Below, one piece after another: positions 11,526-20,266 of a DNA stretch of 64,000 nucleotides. Within the stretch, counting starts at the first letter, position 1. Each line of letters opens with the position of its first letter. Source of the stretch: an uncultured delta proteobacterium. GTDB lineage: Bacteria; Myxococcota; Myxococcia; Myxococcales; Anaeromyxobacteraceae. Location: assembly GCA_963814585.1 (NCBI GenBank), contig CAWFDF010000012.1:64001-128000 (forward strand), given 5' to 3'. The notes under the pieces are model-generated. The model did not search any database. It saw nothing but the letters and a program-made list of their open reading frames with translations, and was not told the DNA's origin. The position numbers and the translations under genes are program-made.

Positions 11526-12521
11526 TCACTTCTTCTTCTCGGCCGGCGGCTCGTCGTGCCCCTCGGCGGCCTCGTGGGCCTTCTGGTTCCGGAGCCAGCT
11601 GATGATCGACCAGATCTCCTCCTTCTTGAGCTGGCCCTTCCTCCCGTAGGCGTCCATCCCGCCGCCCGGATCACCGGTGCGCCCGGCGATGGGCTTGGCG
11701 TCCGAGCCGCCGTCGATCATGGCGAAGTAGGCGCCGTCGGGCAGGTCGCCCTTCACGCCGAGGAACTCGTCGTCGATGAGGCTGGGGGCGATGTCCCTGG
11801 TCCCCTGGCCCTCGTCGCCGTGGCAGACGGCGCAGCTCTCGAGGAAGAGCCTCTTGCCGAGCACCACCGCCTGCGTGTCGTGCGCCAGCGGGTTCTCCAG
11901 GGCCAGGTCCGCGGCCGCGACCTGCCGGCGCTGGACCGCCGTGCCGAGCGACTGCATGTAGGCCACCAGCGCGTCCAGCTCGTCCTTGCCGGCGACCTCG
12001 GCCCGGACCTGGGCCAGGTCGGGCTTGAGCTCCGGGTGGACGCTGGCCAGGGCCCTCAGGTGCGCGAACACCTCGGCCGGGTCGAGCGCCCGTCCCTTCA
12101 GCCAGCCGTAGGCCGGCATGTTCGACCTCGGGAAGAAGGCCTGCGGGTTGGCGAAGTGGTCGTGCTGCCACCGGTCCGGCCGCAGCCCGCCCTCGCGGGC
12201 CAGGTCCGGCCCGGTGCGCTTCGAGCCCCACAGGAAGGGGTGCTCGTAGGCGAACTCACCGGCCCTGGAGTAGTCGCCGTAGCGCGCCACCTCGCTGGGC
12301 AGCGGGCGGATCATCTGGGTGTGGCACCCCACGCAGCCCTCGCGCTGGTAGACGTCGCGCCCGGCCAGCTGCAGGGCGGTGGGCGGCTTGAGGTTGTCCA
12401 GCCTCGGGTGCATGTCGGCCCGCAGCATGGGGTAGGCCATGGTCACCACCGATCCGACGAGGATCGCGGCGGTGGCCATGACGGCGAAGGTGATGGGGTT
12501 CCTGTAGATCGCGCCAGCCAT
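11526..12521 (-). CDS. ccoO: cbb3 oxidase subunit II fused to a second cytochrome c domain
   Basis: YQREGCVGCHTQMIRP, WGSKRTGPDL, SNMPAY; second heme site CAVCH. Confidence 0.9.
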   Translation of the reverse strand: MAGAIYRNPITFAVMATAAILVGSVVTMAYPMLRADMHPRLDNLKPPTALQLAGRDVYQREGCVGCHTQMIRPLPSEVARYGDYSRAGEFAYEHPFLWGSKRTGPDLAREGGLRPDRWQHDHFANPQAFFPRSNMPAYGWLKGRALDPAEVFAHLRALASVHPELKPDLAQVRAEVAGKDELDALVAYMQSLGTAVQRRQVAAADLALENPLAHDTQAVVLGKRLFLESCAVCHGDEGQGTRDIAPSLIDDEFLGVKGDLPDGAYFAMIDGGSDAKPIAGRTGDPGGGMDAYGRKGQLKKEEIWSIISWLRNQKAHEAAEGHDEPPAEKKK

Positions 12522-12536
12522 GGTGGTCCCCCCTCC

Positions 12537-13943
12537 CTACGCCGCCACCGGGGAGGAGGCCGGCTGCGCCTTCCCCTTCCGGATGGTCATGAGGACGTTG
12601 TAGATGAAGAAGAGCATGCCGACCGTGAAGATGATCCCGGCCAGCGTGCGGGTGTGCCAGTACGGGTAGTTCTTCACCAGCGACTCGACGAAGGTGTACT
12701 TGAGCGTGCCGTCGGCGTTGGTGGCCTTCCACATGGCGCCCTGCTGGATGCCGGTGATCCACATGGTCACCGAGAAGAGCAGCTGCCCCACCAGCACCAG
12801 CCAGAAGTGGATGTTGGCGATCCGCTCCGAGTAGATGCTGGTCCCGTGGATCTTCGGGATCACGTAGTAGATGGAGGCGCAGGCGGTCATGGTCACCCAC
12901 CCCATGGTGCCCATGTGCACGTGGCCGGGCAGCCAGTCGGTGGCGTGGATCAGCTGCGAGACGACGCGGATGGCCTGGGTCGGCCCCTGCACGGTCTGCA
13001 GGCCGTAGAAGGTGATGCCCAGGATGAAGAACTTGGCGAGGTAGTTGGTCCTCATCTTCGACCAGTCGGCGCCCACCGTGTAGTAGCCGTTGATGACCGA
13101 GCCCCAGGACGGCGCGATGAGGAAGATGGTGAAGACGATGCCCAGCGTCTGCAGCCAGTCGGGGATGGGCGAGTAGACGAGGTGATGGGCGCCGGTCCAC
13201 ATGTAGCCGAAGACCAGCGACCAGAAGGCCAGGATGGAGAGCCGGTGGCTGAAGAGCGGCAGGCCCAGCGCCTTGGGCATGAAGTAGAAGAACATGGCCA
13301 GGAACGGGGTGGTGAAGAGGAAGCCCACCGCGTTGTGGCCGTACCACCACTCGACGTTGGCGGAGTTGAGCCCGGCGAACAGGTGGTAGCTCTTGGTCCA
13401 GCCGGCCGGGATGGAGAGGTTGTTGACGATGTAGAGGACGGCGATGGCGATGACGGTCGCGATGGTGTACCAGAGCGCCACGTACATCTGCTCGTTCTTG
13501 CGCTTGATGATGGTCGCGAAGACGTTCACCGCGAACATCACCCAGAGGACGACGACGCCGATGTCGAGCGGCCACTCCAGCTCGGCGTACTCGTTCGACT
13601 GCGTGTAGCCCATGAAGAGCGAGAGCGCCGCCGCGGCGATGGCCACGTTGAAGATCCAGAGCTGCACCCTGGCCAGGCGGGGGAAGACCAGCGGCCTCCC
13701 GGACAGGCGCATCACCACGTAGAAGAGCAGGCCGAAGACGGCCCCGACTCCGAGGCCGAAGGCCAGCCCGTTGGTGTGGACCACCCGCAGGCGGCCGTAG
13801 GTGAGGTACGGGGCGAAGTTGGCCGCCGGGGCCCAGAGCTGGATGGAGATGAGGAGCCCGACGAGGATCCCCACGACACCCCAGAAGATGGCCGAGAGGA
13901 TGAACCCCTGGACCGTCTGGTTGTCGTACCGATAGTCGTTCAT
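12537..13943 (-). CDS. ccoN: cbb3 cytochrome c oxidase subunit I
   Basis: RLRVVHTN, EYAELEW, WWYGHNAVGF, YMWTGAHHL, GHVH; GGAGG SD. Confidence 0.95.
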   Translation of the reverse strand: MNDYRYDNQTVQGFILSAIFWGVVGILVGLLISIQLWAPAANFAPYLTYGRLRVVHTNGLAFGLGVGAVFGLLFYVVMRLSGRPLVFPRLARVQLWIFNVAIAAAALSLFMGYTQSNEYAELEWPLDIGVVVLWVMFAVNVFATIIKRKNEQMYVALWYTIATVIAIAVLYIVNNLSIPAGWTKSYHLFAGLNSANVEWWYGHNAVGFLFTTPFLAMFFYFMPKALGLPLFSHRLSILAFWSLVFGYMWTGAHHLVYSPIPDWLQTLGIVFTIFLIAPSWGSVINGYYTVGADWSKMRTNYLAKFFILGITFYGLQTVQGPTQAIRVVSQLIHATDWLPGHVHMGTMGWVTMTACASIYYVIPKIHGTSIYSERIANIHFWLVLVGQLLFSVTMWITGIQQGAMWKATNADGTLKYTFVESLVKNYPYWHTRTLAGIIFTVGMLFFIYNVLMTIRKGKAQPASSPVAA

Positions 13944-14058
13944 GATGCGCTGTCCTCCGGTGCGAGGCGGGAACTGCGGGCGCCAAGCTAGCCGGAGCGG
14001 CGCCGCGGCGGAAGCGCGCAATTGGGCCGTGACGCCTCGTGAATTGAGACCGGTTCCC

Positions 14059-14080
14059 AGATCAAGAGCGCGCTTGATCT
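14059..14080. promoter_or_regulatory. Palindrome AGATCAAG-N6-CTTGATCT upstream of ccoN, containing FNR-type half-sites
   Basis: Perfect 8-bp inverted repeat ~115 bp upstream of the ccoN ATG. Confidence 0.45.
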
Positions 14081-14121
14081 GCGGTGGTGGTCGGCCCGCG
14101 GGCCGGCCCGCCCGCGCCACC

Positions 14122-16125
14122 TCAGCCGGCGCGCCGGACGTCGATCCGGTTGTCGTAGAAGGTCGAGCCGCCCGCCTCGTCGGTGAGCCGCTGCGAGGTG
14201 AGCGCGTTGACGTTGCGGCCGCCGGGCGTGTCGCGGATCCAGTGGACCCCCTCCACCACCGCCAGCCCGTCCGGCACCTCCGCCGTCACCTCGGCCTGCA
14301 TGGTCACCTCGCCCAGCTCGTTGAAGGCGACCACGCGCGCACCGCCGGTGATGCCCCGTGCCGAGGCCTCCGCGGGCGAGAGCCGGACCCGCAGCGGACC
14401 GCGCTTGCCGGCGAGGTCGTCGCGGTCCATGAAGGTGGAGTTGAGCGAGTAGAGGGCCGGCCCGGTCTGGAGCCGGAGCGGGAGCGCCCCCTCGCCGGCG
14501 TGGGTGGGCAGGAGGCGCGGCAGCGGCTCCCGGTGGCGCGGGTTGAGCAGCTCCACCTTGCCCGACGGGGTCCGCCAGCGCGGCCCGGGCGGCGGCCTGA
14601 GCGTCACCGGGTGGCCGGCGGCGAGGGCGGCGACGTCGAGGCCGGCGAGCCACGGCGACGGCGCCGCCAGCAGCAGGTCGATGACGCCGTCGGCGTCGAG
14701 GTCGAAGGGCGAGCCGTCGAAGCCGAAGGCGCGCGCCAGGCGGCGGAACAGGTCCCAGTTGGGCAGCGCCTCGCCGAGCGGCGCCACCGCCGGCCTGGCC
14801 CGCTGCACCACGTAGTGGCCGTAGGAGCGATACAGGTCGGCGTGCTCCAGCGAGGTGGTGGCCGGCAGCAGCACGTCGGCGAAGCGGGCGGTGTCGGTGA
14901 GGAAGCGCTCGTGGACCACGGTGAAGAGGTCCTCCCGGGCCAGCCCGCGCAGCACCGCATTCTGGTCGGGGGCCACCGCCGCCGGGTTGGAGGCGTAGAC
15001 GCAGATCGACATGACCCTCGGATCGGCGAGCTCGCCGAGCGCCTGGCCGAGCCGGTTCATGTTGATGGTGCGCGCCGGTCGCTCCATGAGGTCGGGACGG
15101 GTGAAGGCGGTGATGGGGAACGCCGCGCCGCTCGAGGCCCCCCAGTAGAAGCCGCCTCCCCCGGCCATCACGCCGGACACCGCCGCCAGCGCGGCGATGG
15201 AGCGGACGTTCATGGCCCCGTTGCCGTAGCGGCTCAGTCCCTCGCCGATGCGGATGACCGGCGCCGTGGCGGCGGCCAGGCCGCGGGCCAGGTCGAGCAG
15301 CGCCGCCTCGTCGAGCCCGGTCAGCGCCGTGGTCCGCGCCGGCGGGTGGTCGGCCAGCGCCGCGGCGCGCAGCTCGGGCCAGCCCTGCGCCTCGGCGGCG
15401 AGGAACCCCTCCGCCGCCAGCCCGTCCCGCGCCAGCAGGTGGATGAGGCCGAGGCAGAGGGCGCCGTCCGAGCCGGGCTTGACCGCGAAGACCCTGTCGA
15501 CCACCGCCGCGGTGGCGGTCCGGTGGGTGTCGACCAGCCAGACGCGCGCGCCCTTCCTCCTCGCCTCCTTCACGTAGGGCAGGAGGTGGAGGTTGGCGGC
15601 GACGGCGTTGACCCCCCAGAGGACGACCAGGTCTCCTCGGGCCACCACCGACGGGTCGAGCCCGGGCGTGTCGCCGAGGATGGCCTTGATGCCGGCGTCC
15701 TTGGCCGGCGAGCAGATGGTCCTCGCCAGCTGCGAGGCGCCCAGCCGGTGGAAGAAGGCGTGGCCGGCGTTGCGCTGCACCAGGCCCATGGTCCCGGCGT
15801 AGGAGTAGGGCAGGATCGCCTCGGGGCCGTGCTCCGCCGCGATCGCCTTCCAGCGCCCGACGACGAGGGCGATGGCCTCGTCCCAGGAGGCGCGCCGGAA
15901 CTTCCCCTCCCCCTTGGCCCCGGTCCGCAGGAGCGGGTGGGTGAGCCGGTCCGGGTGATTCACGGTCCGTTCATAGTGGACCATCTTGGGGCAGAGCGAC
16001 CCCCTCGAGTACGGATGGGCGTCGTTGCCGCGGACGGCGATGACCCGTCCTCCCTCCACCTCGGCGAGGAGCCCGCAGCAGTCGGGGCAGTCGTAGGGGC
16101 AGGCGGAAGGGACGAGCGTGGCCAT
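14122..16125 (-). CDS. Molybdopterin (bis-MGD) oxidoreductase, no export signal, substrate unknown
   Basis: CPYDCPDCC...LCPK Fe-S motif, YAGTMG, TDTARFADVLLPA, C-terminal MGD-binding domain. Confidence 0.88.
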   Translation of the reverse strand: MATLVPSACPYDCPDCCGLLAEVEGGRVIAVRGNDAHPYSRGSLCPKMVHYERTVNHPDRLTHPLLRTGAKGEGKFRRASWDEAIALVVGRWKAIAAEHGPEAILPYSYAGTMGLVQRNAGHAFFHRLGASQLARTICSPAKDAGIKAILGDTPGLDPSVVARGDLVVLWGVNAVAANLHLLPYVKEARRKGARVWLVDTHRTATAAVVDRVFAVKPGSDGALCLGLIHLLARDGLAAEGFLAAEAQGWPELRAAALADHPPARTTALTGLDEAALLDLARGLAAATAPVIRIGEGLSRYGNGAMNVRSIAALAAVSGVMAGGGGFYWGASSGAAFPITAFTRPDLMERPARTINMNRLGQALGELADPRVMSICVYASNPAAVAPDQNAVLRGLAREDLFTVVHERFLTDTARFADVLLPATTSLEHADLYRSYGHYVVQRARPAVAPLGEALPNWDLFRRLARAFGFDGSPFDLDADGVIDLLLAAPSPWLAGLDVAALAAGHPVTLRPPPGPRWRTPSGKVELLNPRHREPLPRLLPTHAGEGALPLRLQTGPALYSLNSTFMDRDDLAGKRGPLRVRLSPAEASARGITGGARVVAFNELGEVTMQAEVTAEVPDGLAVVEGVHWIRDTPGGRNVNALTSQRLTDEAGGSTFYDNRIDVRRAG

Positions 16126-16273
16126 GGCGGACAATCTAGCTCGAACCGCCGGCCGGCGCCGGCCCTCCCGCCGGCCGGACGCCCGTCGCGCCCGGTCGCC
16201 GCGGTGCTCCCTCCAACCAGGCGCCCGCCGCGCCCGGAGGCGGCCGCCGAGGTGGTGGGTGACTTGCCGCGGG

Positions 16274-16945
16274 CTAGAGGTTGAAGATGCCCCGCACGCC
16301 GATCTGGAACATGCCGTGCGTGGTCGCGTCGGAGCCGAGGCCGCCGTTGTCTTCCACCGTGCCCGCCGGGGTGGTGATCTTGGACTCCTGGACGGTGAAC
16401 TGGCCGAAGCCGTAGCTGGCGTAGAGGCCGGCGCTGAAGAACTTCACCAGCTTCAGGTCGGCGCCCGCCGAGATGGTGGCCCACTCCCAGCCGCGCAGCT
16501 GGGCGTCGAGCGTCATGCCGCCGCCCTCCTGGCTGATGCTGGCCGCCTCGAAGCCGGTGCCGATGCCGCCCCACAGCCCGACGATCCCCAGATCGAGGAG
16601 CTCACCGGTGACCTGGAGGCCGACGCGGAAGGTGTACGAGCTGCAGCTCACGCCCGCCACGTCGCACGTGAGCAGCGGGGTGCCGACCAGCGTGTTGGGC
16701 GCGTAGCCCAGGTAGATGCCGGCGGCCGTGCTGGAGCCGGTCTTGAACATGGCGTCCACCTGGAACGCCGTCTGGGAGTCGAGGTACTCGGAGTACTTGA
16801 TGTTCCCCGTGGTGGCGCCGGTCTGATCCTTGGTGACGTCGCCGCCCGGCACTCCGTAGCCGATGCGGAGGCCGAGGCCGAGCTCGGCCCGGGAGGCGGT
16901 GGGGACGGCGAGGAGCAGGGCGGCGGCGAGCAGCGGCGTGCGCAT
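16274..16945 (-). CDS. Small outer-membrane beta-barrel protein
   Basis: Signal peptide (ASRA|E), alternating beta-strands, ends GVRGIFNL. Confidence 0.75.
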   Translation of the reverse strand: MRTPLLAAALLLAVPTASRAELGLGLRIGYGVPGGDVTKDQTGATTGNIKYSEYLDSQTAFQVDAMFKTGSSTAAGIYLGYAPNTLVGTPLLTCDVAGVSCSSYTFRVGLQVTGELLDLGIVGLWGGIGTGFEAASISQEGGGMTLDAQLRGWEWATISAGADLKLVKFFSAGLYASYGFGQFTVQESKITTPAGTVEDNGGLGSDATTHGMFQIGVRGIFNL

Positions 16946-17090
16946 GGGGACGACCTCCGTGGCTTCCCGGGTCGGCGGGCGGGGCCGGCGCCTGGCGCGG
17001 ACCTCCCGAACCGGGCCGGGAGTGTCGCCTGCCCATGGATCTTCCACAAGCAAGCCGGGGCCTTTCGCCGCGGCGACGCGAGCCCGCGCT

Positions 17091-17405
17091 TCAGATGGTC
17101 CCGCCGCCGACGTCCCGGAGCCGCCGGACCCGGGCCACGCCGCAGCGCTCGCCGCAGGCGGAGCAGACCTCGTAGGTCATCTCCTTGACGACCAGCACGT
17201 CGGGGTGCTGCTCGGCCGGTTCGAGCCGGGCCCCGCAGCCGGGGCAGTCGAGAGACGCCACTCGCTCCGGACGCGCCAGCACCATCGACCGGCGCCGGTC
17301 GGGCGGGCAGCGGGCGCACTCGACGCCGTAGAGGAAGCCGACCTCGTGCCCGGGCGGTGACTCCTCGAGATCGACGCCGCAGTACTGGCAGATCTCGGAG
17401 GCCAT
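17091..17405 (-). CDS. Hypothetical protein with four CxxC motifs (putative double zinc ribbon)
   Basis: CQYC, CARC, CPGC, CSAC; GC3-biased codons. Confidence 0.65.
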   Translation of the reverse strand: MASEICQYCGVDLEESPPGHEVGFLYGVECARCPPDRRRSMVLARPERVASLDCPGCGARLEPAEQHPDVLVVKEMTYEVCSACGERCGVARVRRLRDVGGGTI

Positions 17406-17412
17406 GGGGAAC

Positions 17413-17487
17413 TGGAGGCACCGCCCAGATTCGAACTGGGGAATAAGGGTTTTGCAGACCCTTGCCTTACCACTTGGCGACGGTGCC
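17413..17487 (-). tRNA. tRNA-Cys (GCA)
   Basis: Reverse complement GGCACCGTCGCCAAGTGGTAAGGCAAGGGTCTGCAAAACCCTTATTCCCCAGTTCGAATCTGGGCGGTGCCTCCA: cloverleaf, GCA anticodon, TTCGAAT T-loop, encoded CCA. Confidence 0.97.
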
Positions 17488-17500
17488 TTACCGGGGGCCC

Positions 17501-17529
17501 TTTGTATCGGAGGCCCGGAGGGGCGTCAA
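17501..17529 (-). promoter_or_regulatory. sigma70-type promoter for tRNA-Cys
   Basis: TTGACG-17 bp-TACAAA, 13 nt upstream of the tRNA. Confidence 0.7.
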
Positions 17530-18173
17530 CGTTGGGATCCACGCCCTGGCCGGCCGCAGCGCACCTCGGCGCACACCACCGCCACCCCCCGGGCCGCCAG
17601 GGCCCGGCAGAGGCCAGCCAGCTCGACGCGGGCCGCGGGACGCAGGGCCGCCGACACCAGGAGGCTCACCTCGACGCCGCCAGGTGCCTGGGACAGCTCG
17701 ACGCCCAGCGCACCGCCGAAGTCGATCGCCAGCGAGGGCCGGGCGGAGGCGTCGAAGGCCTCGATGACCGGCGGCAGCGCCCGCACCGCCTGCGCCAGCG
17801 CCAACCGGCCCGGCTCGATGGCCGGTCCGACGCCACCCCCCACGCCGGGCCCGCCACCGTGCACCGCTCCCAGGGCCGGTGCCTCTGCCGCGGGTCCTGC
17901 GCTCGCGGCCGGCCCGCCCGCCGCAGCGGCCGCCGCTGCCCCGCCCGATCCCCGCGCCTGCATCCCCTCGACCGTGCCGCCCGGCCGGCCGCGCGCCTCG
18001 CCCTCGCGGGCCGCCTCCAGCCGCGCGCCCGCCCGCCGGGCCGCCTTCCCGGCGTCGGCACGCGCCGCCTCCGTCCGCCGCGCCTCGGCTCGCTGGAGCG
18101 CAGCGCCGAAGTCGCCTCGACGGCCCGCGTCGCGCCGCTGCCCGGCGACCCGGACCTCCTGGCTCACGCGCAT
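17526..18173 (-). CDS. Hypothetical protein, FliK/SctP C-terminal-like
   Basis: Low-complexity Ala/Gly N-part, then beta-beta-beta-alpha-beta pattern (LGVELSQAPGGVEVSL...LCRALAARGVAV); start overlaps the upstream ORF. Confidence 0.45.
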   Translation of the reverse strand: MRVSQEVRVAGQRRDAGRRGDFGAALQRAEARRTEAARADAGKAARRAGARLEAAREGEARGRPGGTVEGMQARGSGGAAAAAAAGGPAASAGPAAEAPALGAVHGGGPGVGGGVGPAIEPGRLALAQAVRALPPVIEAFDASARPSLAIDFGGALGVELSQAPGGVEVSLLVSAALRPAARVELAGLCRALAARGVAVVCAEVRCGRPGRGSQR

Positions 18174-18454
18174 CGAGCCGCTCGCCGCGCCAGCTCCAGG
18201 TGGGTCTCCATCTCCGCCGCCAGGTCCGCCGCGCCGCGGGCCCGCTCGGCCGCCTGCCTGGCCCGCAGCCCGTGGAAGTCGGCTGCCGCGACCAGCCCCT
18301 GCGACCGGGGGTGGAACGGGTCGCCCGCGCTGGAATCCGCCAGCCGCCGCCGCTCCACCGCCTCGCGCGCGGCGAGCAGGGCCAGCCGCCGCAGCCGGGC
18401 CACCTCGGTCCACGCCTCGGCCACGTCGCCCTCGCTCGGCGCCCGGCGGCTCAC
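18164..18454 (-). CDS. Hypothetical helical Ala/Arg-rich protein
   Basis: GTG start; overlaps both neighbouring ORFs. Confidence 0.4.
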   Translation of the reverse strand: MSRRAPSEGDVAEAWTEVARLRRLALLAAREAVERRRLADSSAGDPFHPRSQGLVAAADFHGLRARQAAERARGAADLAAEMETHLELARRAARCA

Positions 18455-18579
18455 GGAGTCACCCCGCGCCCGGCGCGCGCATCGACCTGGTCGGACCGGA
18501 GATGGCAGGAGGCGCCCGGCCGGGCCAGCCCTGGGGTCCTCCCGATGCAGGTGTCGGGTGGGTTCATGCCGGCCAGCGG

Positions 18580-18595
18580 TGCAGCGCCGGTGCCG
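18580..18595 (-). promoter_or_regulatory. Putative sigma54 -24/-12 promoter
   Basis: CGGCACCGGCGCTGCA (GG-N10-GC). Confidence 0.45.
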
Positions 18596-18772
18596 CGTCC
18601 AAGCTGGCGAGACGACAGTGGCCGGCAGCGGCCTCGTCGGTCGCGGCGCGGACCTGCGGACGCCCGGCGGACCGCAGGCCTCGGCGCGGGCGCCGGTGCC
18701 GGTCGTCCCGTCCAGATCGATTCCCCGCCCCGCGCGTTCACCTCACCGGACGCCACACCGAAGGAGCCCATC

Positions 18773-20062
18773 ATGCCCAGCCCGCTCGTCGCCGCCCTCG
18801 CCGCCCTCCTCGCCGCCCACGCCATCCCGGTGCCCCCGGGCGCGGCGGTCGAGCGGGTCGCCCGCCTGGTCTCCGATCCCGAGGCGCAGCGGCTCGCCGC
18901 GGCCCGCGGCCTCCGGTTCGTCAACGTGCTCTGGGAGGACACCGGGCGGTACCAGGGCTCCTCGGTCGGGCCCAACATCTCCGACGTCACCATCGAGGTG
19001 GTGGACGGGACCGGCCCGGGACGGCGGCAGGCGCTCATGCCGGTCCTGCGCTTCCCCAACTTCGCCGACCGGACCGCCGACGTGAAGCTCGACCGGATCT
19101 GGGTCCGGACCGGCAACCAGCGGGACGGCGCCGGCGAGGAGGTGGTGACGCTGCGCGACCTGCTGGCCAGCCCGGCGCGCTACCTCTCGCTCCCCGGACA
19201 CGGCGCCATCCGCGGCGGGACGCTGCTGGCCCCCCGCGACAGCCACGCGCTGGTCTCGGCGCAGGCCGCCTTCCTGCCGGTGCCCCACGGGGCCAGGGCC
19301 ACCTTCCACCCGGTCATCTTCAACTACCAGTCCACGGCCGGCCACCCCGCCGTCCTCACCATCCTGGTGACGCGGCAGGGGACCTCGATGTCGATCGTCG
19401 ACAACGGCCGCGACCAGCTCGGGACCGGGAGCTGGGGGCAGCGCCTCTTCTTCAACGCCGGCGGCCAGCGCGCGCCCCTCACCGCAGAGCGGCGCACCGA
19501 CGTGGAGGCGGGCGGCGCCACCATGAACGGCGAGGCCGCCGCCAGCCTCGGCGAGGACGCCAACCTGCTCCTGCTCATCCAGGTGCCGCTGCGCGTGGAG
19601 CGGCCGCGCCGCCCGTACGGCCTCGCCGCCGGCGCCCCTTCACCCATGATGAAGTCGGAGGCCAAGGCGGCCCCGGCGGCCGAGGCGGCCGACGCCATGG
19701 AGCAGGCGGTGCTGGGCCACGGCGAGCTGGAGGGGCCCTTCACCGAGCTGGCCGGCCTCACCATCGAGCGTGACCCGCGCTTCCCGGTCCGGGTGACGGT
19801 CCAGTTCTACCAGGCCACCTCGAGCGGCCAGGTCACCTCCGCCGAGGTGGGCAAGCTGGCCGCCCTCATCGAGGCCGTCTCCACCAGGGGCGACTTCGTC
19901 GGCTCGCTGGTGGTGCCGGCCCCGCGCGATCCGCCCCGCCCCACCGCCTGGAGCGGCGCCACCCCGGCCCCGTCCTGCTTCAGCGCCTGCCAGTTCCCCG
20001 GCCTGGCCGAGCGGCTCGGCGTCTGCTGCCCGTCGCCGCGGCCGCCCATCGGGATCCGCTGA
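18773..20062 (+). CDS. Exported conserved hypothetical protein (WEDTGR...GPNISD motif)
   Basis: AAGGAG SD, signal peptide, strong GC3 bias. Confidence 0.8.
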   Translation: MPSPLVAALAALLAAHAIPVPPGAAVERVARLVSDPEAQRLAAARGLRFVNVLWEDTGRYQGSSVGPNISDVTIEVVDGTGPGRRQALMPVLRFPNFADRTADVKLDRIWVRTGNQRDGAGEEVVTLRDLLASPARYLSLPGHGAIRGGTLLAPRDSHALVSAQAAFLPVPHGARATFHPVIFNYQSTAGHPAVLTILVTRQGTSMSIVDNGRDQLGTGSWGQRLFFNAGGQRAPLTAERRTDVEAGGATMNGEAAASLGEDANLLLLIQVPLRVERPRRPYGLAAGAPSPMMKSEAKAAPAAEAADAMEQAVLGHGELEGPFTELAGLTIERDPRFPVRVTVQFYQATSSGQVTSAEVGKLAALIEAVSTRGDFVGSLVVPAPRDPPRPTAWSGATPAPSCFSACQFPGLAERLGVCCPSPRPPIGIR

Positions 20063-20266
20063 GCGCGCCGGGCCAGCCGGCACGCGCCGGCGGCCCGGCG
20101 TCGAAGCACGTCCTCGGTGAAGTCCGGCCGAGGGGGCCCGTACCATGGTCCGGGCCTTTCTCCATCGGATCACGCCTGCTACCACTCACGACGAGCCCTC
20201 CCCTGCGGGTCGGCCCCTGTCGAGCGCGGCGCGGCGGAGACCGTCCCGTGACACGGGTGGGCCAGG

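Noticed and set aside
17413..17487. tRNA-Cys as the attachment site of an island
   Set aside because: No duplicated tRNA 3' end or integrase was seen; flanking composition looks host-like.
20065..20100. GC hairpin after the hypothetical gene as an intrinsic terminator
   Set aside because: Strong stem but no U-tract; such stems are common at this GC content.
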